From positions 14,512,029 to 14,576,028 of the forward strand of contig MU054323.1 in assembly GCA_013239625.1 (NCBI GenBank): a stretch of DNA of 64,000 nucleotides, given 5' to 3'. The DNA comes from Lama guanicoe. Taxonomy: Eukaryota. The position numbers were made by a program, and so were the translations under genes. Below, one piece after another: positions 14,586 through 27,669 of this stretch. Numbering within the stretch: the first letter of the stretch is position 1; the number at the start of each line of letters is the position of its first letter. The notes beneath the pieces are model-generated. The model had not been told where the DNA came from. It did not search any database and worked only from the letters and a program-made list of their open reading frames with translations.

Positions 14586-16749
14586 TTGTTCAAAGATTGC
14601 TATACTACTGGAAAGAAACAACTTTATTCTTCTCAGGTGACTCTTCCTCAGAATGTTTGTCCTCCTTGACAAAAGCAAGTTTACAGGAGACCAAAGAGGG
14701 CATCAGGCAGCTACAGTTGCTGATAACTAAATCACTTCTTCAGAAATGTCCAGAAAGTAAACTCCCTTTGCCAGCCCAGGATTCCTTCCACATCTCATTG
14801 GCATGAGGTGAAATAGGTAGTCACATCATTGAGTTTATCTGCACAAGTTATAGGTAATTACAAAGCTTAGCAGAACTCAATGATTTTTAATCTCGGGATC
14901 CGTACAGTCTCTTTTCTTACCAAAAGACACTATTCCATCTTCATGTGATAGCATCTTTGAAGACAGCAGAAATATATTCCAAAATTTTATCCAGACTGTC
15001 TGTGGCTAAAGACTGTTTACTCAATTTGCATGCACTTAAAAAAAAATATTTAGCTAACTAGAGAAGGAAGGCCTGTAACCACGGCAACCTGGAAAGGTGC
15101 CTGTGTGTTGCAGTCTGAGCTTACCCTCTGCTCCATTTCCTTGAACTTTAAATGTGTTCTTGGCTTTTCTGATTTTGGAGATTGCTAACATATACAAGCT
15201 TTTCCATCTTATTTTTCTTAATATATCGTTTTTCTGAGTGCTCTTCTTCCCCAGATTCATTGAGTTAATTAGCATATTCTATTTCTATTTATTAAACCTA
15301 AAGCACTTCTGTCCTACAATACTATTTCTATTCTATTCGACATTCTTTTTATTCAAAAGTCTAAGCCTCTTTTTCCTTATTTATAAAATCAGTGTTTTAA
15401 TAAGGATAATCTTTCAGATTCCTTTAACCTGAAATTCTGTGATTTTTCTAAAATATAAACCCTAAGGATGCTGGTCAGTCTAGAAGAATACCGCACGTTA
15501 ATTTTCAATTTTCAATTAAAGATATGGGAAAATTGGTCTTTCTTCTATATAGGAAATATCTGATGAGTTTGAATTAGAAGATCCCTTCAGTATATTGTAC
15601 ATACATTTTTCCCCATTGTATTTCATAGCCATACTGACTACAACCTACAGAGAAATGACAAGTAACACACACCAGATGCAATCTCTGTGAAGCCATTTAC
15701 ACATAGAACATAACATTAAAGGTAAAAAAGAAAAAGACCCTTCTTGTTAATCATATTATTCAAAGTTATTTATTAGAATTCCAGGCAAAACCAGAAGGCA
15801 ATATAGTACAGACATTTATGAGGCTCCTTTCAACCCTAATAAAATTACAAATGGAAATGTATTTAGGTTCTAATAATTACACATTTTAGAAACTTCAAAA
15901 TGGGTAGTATAAATATAAGTATTATAGAGAGGATAGATAATATAGTTGTAAAGATACAGAATAGTTAGGATTGCATTTTTATATCCTACATCTTCAATTT
16001 TCATGTTAAGCAAAATATCCATATTTATTTCTAAAGGCTTATTATTGTGAGCATTTCCCTATTCGTTATGCTTTGAAATTATTGCATTCCATGGCTGTGT
16101 AATACTTTACAGTATGAGGTTGGCTAATATTTTTATCATTTTCCTATTGTTTGACATTTTGCTTACTTTGAAATTTTTAGTATTGTATGACAGAGCAATA
16201 AATATACATAAAAATTAGTCAAAAATTATAGAAAAATAGGTTCCCAGTTTTCACCTATCAAGTAAAGTTTTTCTGAAAAACTAAGTTGTAATGCTGTTGG
16301 AGACTTACTGAGAGTGAACACTCAAAATATATTCTGGGAGTACAAATTGAAAATAATTTGATTGGATAGGAATTCAAAGCCAGAAATGTTTACAAGTATA
16401 AAAGCAGTTGCAAAAGTTATCAAACAGTATTCAAAACTGGCCCCTTTGAACTAGATGATCTTCTATAATTGTTTTAAATTCTTAGGGTATATGAAAAAAA
16501 TATAATGCAAAATTTCACCTCTTAAAAATATGAAATTATTGTTTACCTTAAAGCCTCATACATAAAATAAAAATATAAAAAATAGCTGTGAATTATTAGA
16601 CATGGATTTAGTGGATGAGTGATTGAATGCTAGACACATAATCTACAACAAAATATTGCTTTTCTTACTCTCACAAGCATTCTCATTCCCGTCCCTTTGT
16701 CTTTCATTCCAATTCTGCCATGGTGTCACCAGACAAATGTCAAATCCTA

Positions 16750-17130
16750 TTAGTATTGTTAGTTGCAAACAATTGAAGCCAGTCTGACTAGTTTAAGTTG
16801 TAAAAAGATTTATTAAAGTTTATTAGGTAGCTTATCAAATTACTGGGACAGTTGGAGAAAGAGTGCTAAACTGCAGGAAAGGTCTAATGAGGTAATTCCT
16901 TCCCCCAGGGTCACCTCCTTTCCTGAGTCAGAAACTTGACCATTCCTTTTTGCTACCCTGAAAAGATAAATGTCTCTGTCTCCACAAACACCAGTGAAAT
17001 GAAAGCTCTGCATAATCTCCTTCCTTATGCAGTCTCTACTTACGCATCTCATGCATTGTCAAACAGGACATCTCATCATGTGCATCTGATTGGAAGGGCC
17101 TAGCAGCAAAGGAGCCTGGTAATTTGAGTT
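16750..17130. mobile_element. Old MaLR LTR (MLT1J/K-like) fragment
   Basis: tagttgcaaac...tttattaaag...tgcatctgattgg...agcaaaggagcctgg motifs resemble old MLT1 LTRs. Confidence 0.45.
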
Positions 17131-19149
17131 CTAATACAAGTCAAGGAAACAAGATATACAATAGTAGACATATTCCTTAAAAAGAGTAGGACTATTAAAG
17201 TAAATTAAGGGCAGTTATGGAAAAAAGCCAATATTCATGACAAAGCTTTAGTTTTCTTATTTGAAAAATAAAGATAACCATCTATCCCCTACTTCAAAGT
17301 TCTTAAAAATGTCAAATGAAATAATTGATGTAAAAACAATTCAACAAGGTTAATTGCTATACAAAATTGAAATACTAGATAACTCTCCTGACAAAAACTT
17401 TTCATAAGAAAGAAAAGGATGCAAAGAGGAAAAGAATAACAGTCATCTTTGGTCCACTTATATCTGCCAAAAACTTTTAGTGATAGTGATTGTGTAGTTT
17501 TGTTTTAAAACACAATTTCCAGAAATCTGGAGGTGTATTTAGGTTTAAGCTTAACTATGTAATAGCACTTTGACCTTGACAGTGCTGTTTTAATTTCTCT
17601 GAGCCTTAGCAGCTTTGTATATCAAATGAAAGTGTGTAATCATATATATTTAAGAGAATATTGAGCTCTGTAATTATTTAAGACCAGGTTACCCAGCTGC
17701 AAAAATATCTAAACCTTTCCCTTTTATCAGTTTGCTTAGCAAGGCACTTGTCCAGATGATTCATCATACTCTTCTAGATGCAAGGATTCAGGCGCCTATA
17801 AGCAATGTATCCCACTTAGCAATAATCTGGGGACTCAGGTCAACTGTAGCTCATATTGCCATCCTGTTCAGATTACTGACTCCAGTTCATCACAAAAAAT
17901 AGTACTGCTGCCAAGAGTAAATGTTTTTTCTAGTACCATAATATAATAGCAAAAAAAAAAAAACCCTCTTTCTTCATATATCTTACTAAAAGGGCATTCC
18001 TCAATAAAATACAAGTTAAACTTGAAAATCCAATCCTTAGATAATTTTCTGTAACTTGGGGATAGATATAATTCCTTTTAAGCTTCTTTCCATATTAACC
18101 TAGTTTATGTAAATGAATACACATACATTTTTATGCAAAAAAACTTGTAATAGTTTCTCCTTTTTCCATGTATATTGCAGAAGTAATTATCTAGAAGGAA
18201 TTAAGAAAAACTTGAAGACAATTGATTGGAGTTACATGTCCACAGTACTGAACATGGGAATACATTCTTATGTGAGAAAATGTGTAAGTACCCTTTTAAT
18301 AGTATTTGCTAGTCTTGGGACTATAACAAAATAATTTGAAATCATGTAAATATGTTGGCTATAACCTTTAATATGTTGTTTTCATAGTTTAAATGAAAGA
18401 TACCAAAACATATTTTGAATTTACTGAGATATTTGAAGCCATGCTATATTCTTCTCCTTTGCTTTGCTTTCCGCTCACCTGTTAAAATTCACGTTCATAA
18501 TTGTCCTTGATAATCAGTAAAATACATTTTCCCATTAAAGGCACACTAAACAAAGCATTATCTAGATTCTGTGACAGAATTATGTCACCATATAAATTCT
18601 AAATTACCTCTTCCTAAATTAAATCTGAATACTGTAACACACATAACGATATTATTTAAAAATAAGTGAGAAAACATAAAAAGAAAGGTGATTTAGAAAA
18701 GACATGAACAAATTTCCCATAAATTTCCTCTTGACACATTGTGACTTATCTGAGACAAGGCAAGTGGCTTAAATGTTCATCTAGAAGTAAGGACTGAAAT
18801 CTCATGGACAGTTTTATGAAATGAAGTATATCGAACTTAATGCATGTTCCTATGATAAAGTAATTGGTTCTAAAATAACCCTCTCATCAGAATCAATTTA
18901 CAAACTGGACAAAGTATGCGAAAAGCCTGTTTTTATGTGAGACAATAGGAAGAACAGTACTCAGTGAGAAAAGGAAAAACATGAGGGGAGTGCTAAGATC
19001 TTGTGGCTTTCTACCTGAAAGAATTTTCCAGCCGGTGGCCTAGTAGATGGGTTAACATGTCTGACAAGTCAAAGGTGGGAGTTCAGAAAAGATGAGGCAG
19101 GAGGAGCAGGAACAACTGTTGGATTTATTGAGATACTTTTCATTCATTG

Positions 19150-20100
19150 TCCCATTTCCTTTCTTTTTCTATCAGCTCATAATGTATACAATATATTTTA
19201 ATTATTTCAGTGTTAATAGTAATACTTGACTTTTGAGGTTTAAAGTTACTTTTTATTTCAATGGTCCTCAATAAATGTAAAGAACTAAGGATAATGAAAC
19301 ATTGATCACCAACAAGTTCCATCCTCCAAGTTATTTTTATAGTGTATACATTTTACCTCATTTACTCAATCCTTACACTTAAGTCATCATTTTATTATAT
19401 CAAAAGTCAATGGTAATTTAGATTTATGCCACATGGATGTATTTACTTGCCACTGTTTTATCCCACTTTATCCTGAATGATTACCCTTCTTTCTAAAGTG
19501 CATCCATTAGTATTTCTTTATTTTTCTGAAAATGTCTCCATTTTTCTCTTTTTCCTAGGAGATAATTTTAGGTGTGTAGAACTTTTGAGTAAAAATAATT
19601 TTCTTTTAATACTTTGTACTCTTTTTTCCCAATACTTTGTGAGTAAGAAATCCACTGTCATCTTAATTGTGGTAATGTTTTTTCTCTGTTCACTTTTAAG
19701 ATCATTCTTTGTCTTCGGTGTCATGTACTTCCACTAAAAGTTTCCAGGTGTGTGCTTTGCCAGTGTAATAATGTACATGTTTGAAATCATCTATCACTTT
19801 ACCTTTTTGAATTTTTATTACATCCTGTAACTCCTATTGGTTGTCTTTTAGAGTGTTTTATTCTATTCTCCGTGTCTCTGACTCTCACTTCCACGGGTCT
19901 CTGTAATGCATTCTGGATACTTTCCTCAGATCTATTTCCATATCATTAATTTTCTTTTCAGCTGTGTATAAACCAGTGTTTTGAATTTCACTGAACATTT
20001 TCACTTCTAGAAATTCACTTGAGTTATTTTTAACATAGTTCTGTTTCTTCTTCACCTTGTGATTCCTTTTATAGGTTATACTTTTATTATAAATTCTCTA
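19150..20100 (-). mobile_element. Ancient L1/HAL1-like ORF1 region relic
   Basis: Antisense ORF1-like motifs (aagaaatccactgtcatcttaatt...ttttaagatcattctttgtctt; tcctcagatctatttcc). Confidence 0.5.
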
Positions 20101-21064
20101 CCCATAGACAAGAAGTCCTGTGTGATCTGGTTTTAGGTTTCTTCAGAGAAGGTTTGCATTAGCCTTAATTACCACCCAGTGTTTTCACTGGTATAGCATC
20201 AGTGTTTTATTTCTCAGTCACTAGGGTAGAGTAAATTTGAATGCCACATGCATGAAGAGACGAGGGGTTAGAGTTTTATCTTCTCGGAAGGCACTTTTCC
20301 CCCATGTACAAAAGCCTAAGAAGAGACTATCTTTCTTGCTATGTTCTTGGCTTGGAGAGTGAAGGTTGTCTAGCCATTTACATAGACAGCCCACTTCTTC
20401 CAGAGCCCCATTTTCATAAGGAGTTGTTATTTCAGTGCTCTGAGTAGATTGTTGAATACATCTTACATTTGCAATGAAGTATAGGAAATAATAATAACAC
20501 TAATTATAATTTACTTTATGGAGTCAATTGGCCACTATTATATAGGGTTAATTTCTTGTAATATGAAAAGTACTTTGTAAACTATAGAGTACTACATTTA
20601 TATTAGTTATTTTGTTGAGCCTTATAAAACAAAACATTTAAGGAAGTCTTAATAATATCCTTTCTGCTTCATTAAAATACTTAGATGTTCAAATCTTATT
20701 AGTATTGCATTATTAACACTGATTATATAATAGAAGCAGTGTTAGAAAAAAGTTTCTTAAGAAACATTTTGTTCATTTTATGAAGTGGCCTATATATTTT
20801 TTAAAACAGAAGAAAAACCTTGAGAAATAGATAACTCAGTCTTATTATTGCCAGTATAATGAAAGAAATATTTTTTTTAAAAAAAGAATAGTTTTCTTCT
20901 AATATTCTTCATTCTAATCTTTCTATTTTAATACAATGATTACTAATTTAGTCAATTTTCATGCAGGTGTCTTGTAATCAGCTTTCCAGAAGACACCACT
21001 TTTCAATGAAACAAAGATTAGTTCACAGTAAAGAGTTAGGGGAAGTAGTGTATGTGCAGACATC

Positions 21065-21185
21065 ATGGAATGTGGTGTCAGAAACTTGAGTTTAGGTTCT
21101 CCATTCACTAACTACTAGCTGTGACCTTGGAATAAATTACTGAGGCATATGTTCATTTGCCTCATTTACAGTAGAGAAGATTTAA
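21065..21185 (+). mobile_element. MIR SINE relic
   Basis: gtcagaaacttgagttt...actaactactagctgtgaccttgg...cctcattt. Confidence 0.5.
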
Positions 21186-21689
21186 TTATTCCCGAGTACC
21201 TAAGAAATGCTGGCTTTGTGACAAGTGCTTTCAGTACATGACTTAATTAAATGTCACAACGTCACTATTGAATTTTATCCATATTGTGGCAGAGTTGAAA
21301 TGAGAAACTAAGTTGATTTTATGTCATGCTGATATGTTCATTTCTTAGTAACACCCTGACTGCAAAAATAATACTAATAATTCCAGTATCTCAGTATTTT
21401 AACATGAGTATAGAATCACTGTAATTTGCTAAGCTTTTATTTTCAATGTCAAAAATAAACAAAAACAAGTCTATTTTTGACAAGATACAAAAAAATAAGC
21501 TTTAAGAAGATCTCTTTATGAAAAAATTCAGTAGCACAACTTATATACACTAAGAATATATTTCACTACTAAATTTTGGCAGTTTTTCAACGTCAGATTT
21601 GCTAAGGCAAAATTCACGTATTTGTGGATAGATTTATGACTTAGGATGAACACATATAGTTTTTAAACACCTGTCATGCTCAAGATGAG

Positions 21690-22520
21690 TAGTTCTAAAT
21701 GTCCCAACTTCCTTTCATCCCTTTTTACCAATCCCAGCCCTTGGCAACCAGTGAACTGTCTCCTGTCCAGAAAGTTTTGGCTTTTCCAGAATGTCATGTA
21801 AGTGGCATAAAATAGTATGAATATGACTTCATTTGCTTTGCATAATAAATTTGTGATTCATTCAAATCACTGTACGTATAAGTAGTTGTTTTCCTTTTTA
21901 TTGTTTGATGCTTTTGCATTCTTTGATGTACCACATTTTATTTAAACTTTCACCAGTTGAAAAAAAACATTTAGGCTGTTTTCAGTTTAGGGGTATCATG
22001 AATAATGCTGCTAGAGGAAGATATGTATAGAATTTTTATGAATATCAATTTTATTTTGAGAAAAAAATCTAGGAGTGAGGCTGCTGAGTAATGTAAGTCT
22101 TTGTTTGACTTTATGAGAAACTACCAATCCAAAGTGCCTGAAGGATATCACATTCCCACCAGCAAATGTATACATTGTTTTGCAATATGTATGCCCCAGG
22201 ACTTGGTAATTTCGTTGTTTTTTGGTTCTCGTTTTGATTTTTAATTTTAGCCATTCAAATATATGTGTAATAGTAACTTGTGGTTTTTATTTTAATTTTT
22301 CTAATGAATAATGATGTTCAACATATTTCATGAATATTCATATAGTATCTTCAAGTGAAATGTCTATTCATATATTTTCCAAATTTCTATTATGTTGTTT
22401 GTTTTTTTATATTATGAATAGAAGTCTTTTACCAGATTGTGTATTGTCTATGTATGTTTTATTCCAATTTGTGGCCTGTCTTTACATTTTCCTAGTGGTG
22501 TCTTTGTAAAGGCAGGGTTT
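21690..22520 (-). mobile_element. Old L1 (L1MB/ME-class) 3' region
   Basis: cccagcccttggcaacca...ttttccagaatgtcat...cattcccaccagcaa...ttttagccattc antisense L1 motifs. Confidence 0.7.
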
Positions 22521-22524
22521 GGTG

Positions 22525-23380
22525 TTTTTTTAAATTTTTTATTATAGTAAGAAGACTCAATATGACATTTATGCTCTTGACAGACATTAAGTGTACAATA
22601 CAGTACAGTTAGCCATAGGTGCAGTGTTGTACATCAGATCTCTAGAACCCACTACCCGTAATCACTGAATAACTGAAACTACACACAATAGATTTTATAT
22701 CCTGATTTTGTCTCCTGCAACATTGCTGAATTTGTTTATTAGTTCTAAGAGATTTTTGTGGAGTCTTTGGGTTTTCTACATGTAAAACCATGTCATCTAC
22801 AAGTAGAGATCATTTTACTTATTCTTTTCCTACTTAGATACATTTTCTTTCCTTTTCTGCCTAATTGCTCTGGCTAGGACTTCCAGTACTATGTCAAGTA
22901 GGACTAATGAGAATGGGCATCCTTTCCTTGTTCCTGATCTTAGAGAAAAAGCTTTCAGTTTTTTACTATTGAATATGATTTTAGCTGTGGGCTTTTCTTA
23001 CCTGGCCTTTATTCTGTTGAGGTAAATTTGTTCTAAACATAGTTTATTGAGAGTTTTTAATCATGGAAAGGTGTTGCATTTTGTCAAATACTTTTTCTTC
23101 ATCTGTTGAGGTGATCATATGATTTTTATCCAAGACTAAGTCATGAAGAAATAGAAAATCTGAACAGATCAGTAACAAGTAAGACGATTAAATTGGTAAT
23201 CAAAAATATCCCAGCAAGGGAAAACCCAGGACCGGATGGTTTCCCTACTGAATTCTAGCAAATATTTAAATAATTAATTCCAATCTTTTGCATACTTTTT
23301 CAAAAAATTGAAGAAGAGGGAACACTTCTAAATTTATTGTATGAGGACAGAGTTAGCCTGATACCAAAGTCAGACAAAGG
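22525..23380 (-). mobile_element. L1MA-like element: 3' end, RT fragment (minus) and inverted ORF2 fragment (plus, about 23130-23380)
   Basis: 22690-23130 is antisense ORF2 (DKNHMI region); 23130-23380 reads sense PRLSHEEIENLNR...PGPDGF...LIPKSDK. Confidence 0.75.
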
Positions 23381-23539
23381 TTAAAAATTAGGTAAGACAT
23401 GAAGGTAGAAAATTAGAAAGTTTTGTTTGATATCAACAATATAAACCAACTAATTTCCTTACAACTTGCAATTTATTTAAAAACATATACATTACATGTA
23501 TAACCATTGTTCTTGAAATTTCAAAAACATTAACGTACT

Positions 23540-23698
23540 TACTATAGCAGCCCTTATGAAGCAGGTATTAGTGAAGATACTAACTTTGCTTTACAGCAGA
23601 AGAAACTGAATATTTAACTAAGTTGTCTCAGGTTACATACCTACAAAGTGTTAGAGCTGAAATTTGACCCCAGACAGTTTGGTTTCAGATTCAGTGTT
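23540..23698 (-). mobile_element. MIR SINE relic
   Basis: ttacagcagaagaaactga...agagctgaaatttgaccccagacagtttggtttcaga. Confidence 0.55.
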
Positions 23699-23700
23699 TA

Positions 23701-23834
23701 TAAGAGTGACCATATAATTTATCGTCTAAACTGGGACATTCTGGACAGCAAAGTAAACCTTTATTAGTAGTTAAGAGGGGACGGTAGGTGTAAATTTGGA
23801 CTATTTGGATAAACGAGGATAAATAGTCATCTTA
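23701..23834 (+). mobile_element. MER94-like hAT-Blackjack MITE
   Basis: Starts taagagtgaccatataatttatcgtctaaactgggaca and ends atagtcatctta (degenerate TAGGGTGACCATA terminal repeats), about 134 bp. Confidence 0.7.
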
Positions 23835-24350
23835 ACTCTGCAGTAGGATGAAATGGAAAAGGCATTTTCTCTCTCATCGTATCTCTGGTGTAAATGCGAC
23901 ACATTCTAGCAAAATGCAAAAGCAGTCCAGTCCTTCTTAGTCTTTCTTGGGTCAAATATTTAATTTAAAGTCTCTTACCAGAATAAGAATATGTGTATAT
24001 GCATGCATGTGTATTGCAGATACACATACATAAAATTTCTGGATATCCAGGACTCTTAAAATCTGTTCACTTTTGTTCCTCAGAGGGGCTACTGACTTCA
24101 CAAAGAGATTATCATTTAGACAGAGAAAGTAATACAGATTTAACAATCTTATTGATTAGTTCATCACTTGCTAACAATAAGATTGCTGAATTATGAGTAA
24201 AATTTTGTCTTGCAGTTTGCACAAATATATTAAATATTTCAGATTGAGGTTTTTAATGAATTGTAGTCAGTGAAAATAAGTAATAGATTTTCTTCAAAAT
24301 GTGCCATTTCAAATGTTTGAAATGTGTATAGAATAACAAGATGAATTTTA

Positions 24351-25063
24351 TTTTTTAAAAAAATTTTAAACATTCTTATTGAGTTATAGTCATTTTACAA
24401 TGTTGTGTCAAATTCATGTAGAGCACATGCATATATTCATTGTCACATCCTTTTTCGCTGTGAGCTACCAGAAGATCTTGTATGTATTTCCCTGTGCTAT
24501 ACAGTATAATCTTGTTTATCTATTCTACATATGACTGTCAGTATTTACAAATTTTGAACTCCCAGTCCATCCCTTCCCACCCTCCTCCCCCTTAGCAACC
24601 ACAAATTTGTAACCTATGTCTATGCATCTGTTTCTGTTTTGTATTTATGTTCTTTTTTGTTTTTTTGTTTTTTTGGTTTTTTTTTTTAGACTCCACATAT
24701 GAGCGCTCTCATGTGGTATTTTTCTTTTCTCTTTCTGGCTTACTTCACTTAGAATGACATTCTCCAGGGACATCCATGTTGCTGCAAATGGCGTTATGTT
24801 GTCAGTTTTTATGGCTGAATAGTATTCCATTGTATAAATAAACCACGGCTTCTTTATCCAGTCATCCGTTGATGGACATTTAGGCTGTTTCCACATCTTG
24901 GCTATTGTAAATAGTGCTGCTATGAACATTGGGGTGCAGGTGTCTTTTTGAAGTAGGGTTCCTTCTAGATATATGCCCAGGAGTGGATTCCTGGGTCATA
25001 TGGTAGGTCTATTCCTAGTCTTTTGAGGAATCTCCATACTGTTTTCCACAATGGCTGCACCAA
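24351..25063 (-). mobile_element. Young 5'-truncated L1
   Basis: ORF2 C-terminal peptide [20 protein letters not shown]...; TSD aagatgaa(t/c)ttta at 24338-24350 and 25065-25077. Confidence 0.92.
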
Positions 25064-27019
25064 GAAGATGAACTTTAAAAGGAGTAAAAGGATCTACAAT
25101 CATTACTGCAGTATTTGTTCTTAAAAATCAATGACTTTTATATCTCAAAAATTACCTTCATTTTCCAGTCGTGAACTTTTTTTTTATTCTTGCATATTAC
25201 AAGAGATCCATAATATTGCACAAAATTAAACAACAACAACAAAAAAACCCAAAGTCATATTTCTAGGGAAAATAACTGGCTGCTAAACCAATTCATTGAC
25301 TTGAAACAGACCAGCAACTTGAGATACAGTGTCAAATTTAACAGGCATATTAGTTATGTCCATATAGTCATTTTTAAAGTAATGTACATACAACTTAAAT
25401 TGGCTGATATATTTGTAGGCCTAAATAGTATAGTGATCAAGAATTATTAATACGAAAATTGAAAGTCACCTTTCAAATTTGATAGAAAGTATTAATGTCT
25501 TTGTGGAAAATGGATTAAGATCAATAGATCAAACTAAGAATCAGTACAACTCAGTTAAGATTAAAAATTGAGATGAAATAATTCTAGAAATCTGAAGACA
25601 GTGGTTTTGTTCTGAAGCACCGACTCTTTCTGCTCTGGATGAGGATGCAGCTTTTCTGATGCCGGATCTGGCTTAAGAGGTTCATGTATACCACTGAACA
25701 CTTTCTAAGGGTACAAGTGCATAGACTGTGACAGTTCTTTATGAACATGAGTTATTTTTTAGTTCCATGTTTCAAAGGACAGTGGCACACTAGGACCTGT
25801 CTTGCATTTATGTTTTCATGGGCAGTTACCACCCTTCCTTAGCATCTCCAGTGACATGGTCCACGGAAAGATGCTGCCTCTGCTCCTGATGTGTGTGGCT
25901 GTTTCACTTCCAGTAGAAGTGTATATGTTTAGCCTTAAAGGAGAGCTTAATAGAATTTTGTATGGATAGTTGCTTGTGATATCTTCCTGTCAATATATTA
26001 CACTTGGAAAGTGTAATAATTCCAAATATTGCAAACATTTAAAAAATCCTACATTTCATAAAAAATCTCACTGATAAAATAACTTTGAAATAGATAAATC
26101 CTTTAAAGATTTTCTACCATAAGATAAAAAATGCTTTTAATTAACCATAATGCGGCTATAGTTCTTAAATAATTTCTTTATGTATACTAAACATGTCACT
26201 TGAAATCTTATATTCTCCATTGCATTTTAATGTTTTTATTAAAAAAAAAAGTACACCAGTAAACATATACTCAGTCTAAATTGTCTCAGCAATTTCACCT
26301 TAGGAGAATTGAATTGCTGACTTTTAAGATACAAACTATTTCCACTATTACTAGAAATGTTTGAGAGAAATTATAATTTATACTTCCCTATTGGTAGTAT
26401 TAGGTCAGTATAAAATAATAAAACTACTTAAAATACACTAGATTGAACATTTCCAAAAGCACTGGTCCATTTCAGTTACCTTGGAACAATGTTATCATTG
26501 CACAAAACAGTTTCATAAGTGCTCTTGGGAATTACTGTTTCCTTTCTGTGTCTATAATGACAGCAAATCTTTACCATTTAAGGATTAATTTATATTTTGA
26601 AAACAGTCAAAAAATCGTTTAGAGTTAATTACATTAAGTGAAAATTGTGATCGAGGAAAGTAAAATTGCAGCATTGTTTAAAGAACAGTTTTAAAGACAG
26701 CACACCATGAACCAGACCAGTTTTAAGGTGAAAAATGCCAATCACTTAAACCCTAAGCAAGACCAAGACCAAAAGCTCAAATCAGGATGAAAACTAACAG
26801 ATCTCAATTCTGGGTGCAGTTAAGAATAAGGTGGGAGTTTTAAAATATATTGCTATTGGGACCATTTTTGGTTTTTCATTTTAATTTTTAATTTAATCCT
26901 AAATGTCAGTATATTTTTGAAGACTATATTCTGAACAAAGTTGATGCACGGTGGTTATATTTGGGAAAAGTTTTGTTTGGCTGAGTAATCTCAGTATTAG
27001 ATGCTAAATGCTAGGAGTT

Positions 27020-27669
27020 AAAATTTTTATTGAAGTATAGTTGATTTACAGTGTTGTGTTAATTTCTGGTATACAGCATAGTGATTATTTTCTATACATA
27101 TGTATTCTTTTTCATACTCTTTTTTTAATAGGCTATTACAAGGTATTGAAAATAGTTCCCTGTGCTATACAGTAGGACCTTGATGTTTATCTATTTTATA
27201 TATAGTAGTTAGTATCTACAAATCCTGAACTCCCAATTTATCCCTCCCCACCCCTTTCTCTCCAGGTAATATAAGTCTGTTTCCTATGCCTGTGAGTCTG
27301 TTTCTGTTTTGTAAATAAGTTCATTTGTGTTCTTTTTTTGTTGTTTAGATTCCACATATAAGTAATATCATATGGTAGTTTTTCTCTTTCTGGCTTACTT
27401 CACTTATTATGACTATCTCCAAGGCCATCCATGTTGCTGTAGACAGCATTATTTTATTCTTTTTTATTGCTAAATGGTATTCCATTTTATATTGACAGAT
27501 ACATATATATATGTATATATATGTATCTGTCCAAGGACATTTAGACTGCTTCCATGTCTTGGCTATTGTATATAATGCCACTGTGAACACTGGGGTGCAT
27601 GAATCTTTTCAAATTAGAGTTTCCTCTGGATATATGCCCAGGAGTGGGATTGCTGGATCATAGGGTAAG
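27020..27669 (-). mobile_element. 5'-truncated L1 3' end (older cetartiodactyl-type tail)
   Basis: ttttattgaagtatagttgatttaca tail; ORF2 C-terminal peptide in ORF 27345-27590. Confidence 0.85.

Noticed and set aside
14558..14806. 82-aa ORF with an acceptor-like site at about 14626
   Set aside because: Overlaps the L2 tail and MaLR-like sequence; donor weak
25616..25627. aagcaccgactc, the reverse complement of the SpCas9 sgRNA scaffold 3' end
   Set aside because: Isolated 12-nt match with no other scaffold, repeat-spacer or cas sequence; chance
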